A stretch of DNA of 64,000 nt, taken from the NCBI RefSeq assembly GCF_009914755.1, contig NC_060935.1. One strand, given 5' to 3'. This document shows, in pieces, positions 60,718 through 64,000 of this stretch; within the stretch, counting starts at the first letter, position 1, and every line of letters begins with the position of its first letter. The notes beneath the pieces are model-generated. The model made no database searches, had not been told where the DNA came from, and saw only the letters and a program-made list of their open reading frames with translations. This DNA comes from the human T2T-CHM13v2.0 reference genome, Homo sapiens. The translations under genes and the position numbers were made by a program.

Positions 60718-61254
60718 TGTTTTACTTTCTAATATGGTAAATATTAAACAGTTCTTTGTAATTAAAAGATGTTATGCATATAAAAGGGTCCTGAGACCAA
60801 AAAGTTTAAAAACATATGCCTATGCTATTTTCTTTGCCTAGAACTCTTCTCTTTTTTCTCTAGAGAAATCCTACACATAGTTGTAGAGTTAATATTTAGG
60901 TATTCATTTTAAAAAAACATTTACTGAGCATCTTATCAAGAACCTGGCTTTTTGTTGCTGTTGGGGACATGGTACCAATCCCTTATGGAGATCACAGTCT
61001 GGTGGGGAAGACACATTAAACCCAGTATGTTGAATGTTACCAGTGATAGCATATAAATGTTGTGGGAGTACAGGCTGCTGTCAGAGTCTTGCAAAGAGCC
61101 ACTTTCCCACTCACTTGGAACATATGACTGGTCAGGTTGATTGGATTATACCTCCTATATTTGATTCTTCATAGTCAGACAGGGAAAGTGGCCGAAGTTA
61201 AAAGAAGATGGGAACTGTTTACTTGCTGCTCTGGGGGTAAAGAAGGATACTTCA

Positions 61255-61475
61255 AATGTATTAAATGTCAGCCTACACCAGGCCCTATGCTGGATGTTTT
61301 AACAAATGTGATTTTATTTTTAAAAAGTCTGTGCAGCAGATTATTATCCTTATTTTGCAAATGAGAAATTGGAGGCTCAAATAAATTAACTTGTCCAATA
61401 TCTTATGGTTTGTAATTGGTGAAGATGGGATTTTGATAGTGTTCTGACTCTAAGTCCAGGCTTTTTCACTGTAGT
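61255..61475 (-). mobile_element. MIR
   Basis: TTTTGCAAATGAGAAATTGGAGGCTC. Confidence 0.65.
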
Positions 61476-62000
61476 TATGTGTTGCTAAATGCATGGCTCT
61501 TTGAAGGTATTTCCAGATGGTTGTGGGAAACCTTGCCAGATTGGAATGCGTAAGAGAAGGTAGGAAAGGTCTCAGGAAGAACAGAGAGACTGCTTAGGAC
61601 ATGCTTGGTTGAAGGAATTATTTGTGAGTTTTGGCTGACATGGTTTTTCTGTACAGGATTCAACGGCCATAGGAGAATCAAGCTTTTGTACTCCCTAACC
61701 CTCAATCCCTTTAATCCTTCTCTATGTCATCTGATGCTAGCAGCAAAGGTCACCTGTCTGTCTGATTAGGTTACAAACCAGAGACTGGGTATTTGAAGCC
61801 CAAACTTCTTGGATCTTGTAGGTTTTTGGGAAAGGTGCTGGTTAATTGACCTCAGGCCAGTGGTGCAGCCTGGAGGCCCCAAACCCTAGAGCTTGGTAAA
61901 CTATTTCCATTATTTTAAAAAGCCTATTAGAAGTTTTGCTTTACCTAGGATATGTGTGGATACAGGCTAATGAAAAGATTGGATTTCTATCTTTCTTTAA

Positions 62001-62300
<300 letters not shown>

Positions 62301-62364
62301 TTGGATTTCTTTCTTTTAGGTCAATCCAATATGATTTAGGTATGCTACCTATGATATTCTAGAA

Positions 62365-62585
62365 CAGGGTTCAACAAACTATGGCCTGTGGGCCAAATCC
62401 AGTTTACTGCCTGCTTTTATAAATAAAGTTTTATTAGAACACATTCAAGTTCATTCACTTATATTTTGTCTACGGATGCTTTTGTGCTACAATGGCAGAG
62501 TTAAGTTGTGCAACAGAGACTATATGGCTGACAAATCCTAAGTTGTTTACTATCTGGCCATTTACAGAAAAATTTGCTGATACTT
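62365..62585. mobile_element. MER58A hAT MITE
   Basis: CAGGGTTCAACAAACTATGGCCTGTGGGCCAAATCC...AAATAAAGTTTTATTAGAACAC...TTTACAGAAAAATTTGCTGA. Confidence 0.8.
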
Positions 62586-62999
62586 AATTATGATCCTTTC
62601 TATCATGGCACTTAGCACATAGTGTTTTAATTGCTTGTCTCTCCCACTTTTGTAATTAGCCTTCTGAGAGAAAAATGAGATATGATTCATGTTTTTATGC
62701 CCCATGCTGATCACAGGGCCTGATATATGAAGAACATTCAATAAATGTTTAAATGGGCATATCATGGGCTGATCAAAAAGCTCTAATATGCAATTATATA
62801 TGTTTTTGTTGGTGAGGTAGTAGAGAAACAATGCCTTAATCTTTGGGTGTATTCTGCTCTCTCCCTAAGTTCCCACTACCCCTTCATCCCACTCCCCAAT
62901 TTAGCAGAACAAATGTAGAGAGAAATAAGTTTATGCAGAGATATTTCTTTTTGTATGCATACTGTTTATCATACTTTTTTCTTTTATCAAACCATTGCA

Positions 63000-63368
<369 letters not shown>

Positions 63369-64000
63369 CTAAAAGATGAAAGCAACACAAGGCCAGCTAT
63401 CTGGTCACCCTAGCAAAAAGGCAGTGGTGAAAATGGAATTTTGAAGTGCTGGCCTGGGAGTCAGCAGACTTGGGCTCTCACTGTGGCTCTTTAGCTGCCT
63501 TTGACTTTGGCACATCACTTAACATTGGTGAGCTTCAATGTTCAACATACTTCTATTGAATCACATCTGGAACACTTTAAAATTTAATATTTATACTCCT
63601 CCCTTATTTTGAAAAGGATTTGAATAACTAGCAAGAGGTAGAGAGGTGACCTGTCTAGTCTTATCACTGTCTTTGGCTGTCAGACAAGTAGATGATTAAA
63701 TGGATTAGGGTATTTTAGGTCTTTGATTAGTGCCTTCTAAAAGGCGTCACAACCACAGCCTCTTCACCCTGTCCTTACTTTCTGTCCTGTGACAGCTTCT
63801 TCTATTGCCTAGGAAGTTAAGATCTATCTTCTTTGAGGGTCATCTGAAGAGTATTTTGCCAAGGAAGTAGTTGTCAAGATCCAGGTCAAAAGGAAAGAGG
63901 AATTTTAGCATCTAGGAATTGGAAGAAATACTAGAAACTTCAGTCAAAATACCTTTTTCAAATAGTGACCTTGAGGCCTGGAGAAGAGAAATGACCTCCC

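Overview
Primate (almost certainly human) non-coding genomic DNA dominated by interspersed repeats: about 47 Alu/FLAM copies, many MIR/L2/L3 relics, old L1 fragments (mostly minus strand), MaLR/ERVL LTRs, an ERVL pol relic and two hAT-Charlie transposons. I find no intact protein-coding exon. The supplied ORFs are almost all Alu/L1 read-throughs or chance ORFs. The window looks like the interior of a large intron of a + strand gene. From memory (unverified), a 137-nt SNORA7 copy in an exon-free stretch of this size fits STIM1 intron 1 on chr11p15.4. Notable content: (1) an SNORA7/ACA7 H/ACA snoRNA retrocopy that also carries the parent intron's 3' tail up to the splice-acceptor AG; (2) an ACBD7-like processed pseudogene split by two Alus and an L1, all nested inside a Charlie1a transposon; (3) an L1PA insertion with a ~150-bp 3' transduction; (4) a TSD-flanked ~50-nt two-hairpin retroposed RNA overlapping a second micro-insertion; (5) candidate MEF2/E-box and RFX regulatory islands. 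I see no convincing new multi-gene system; the ~50-nt hairpin retroposon is the most unexplained signal. Repeat subfamily names and reference comparisons come from recalled consensus sequences, and repeat boundaries are approximate.
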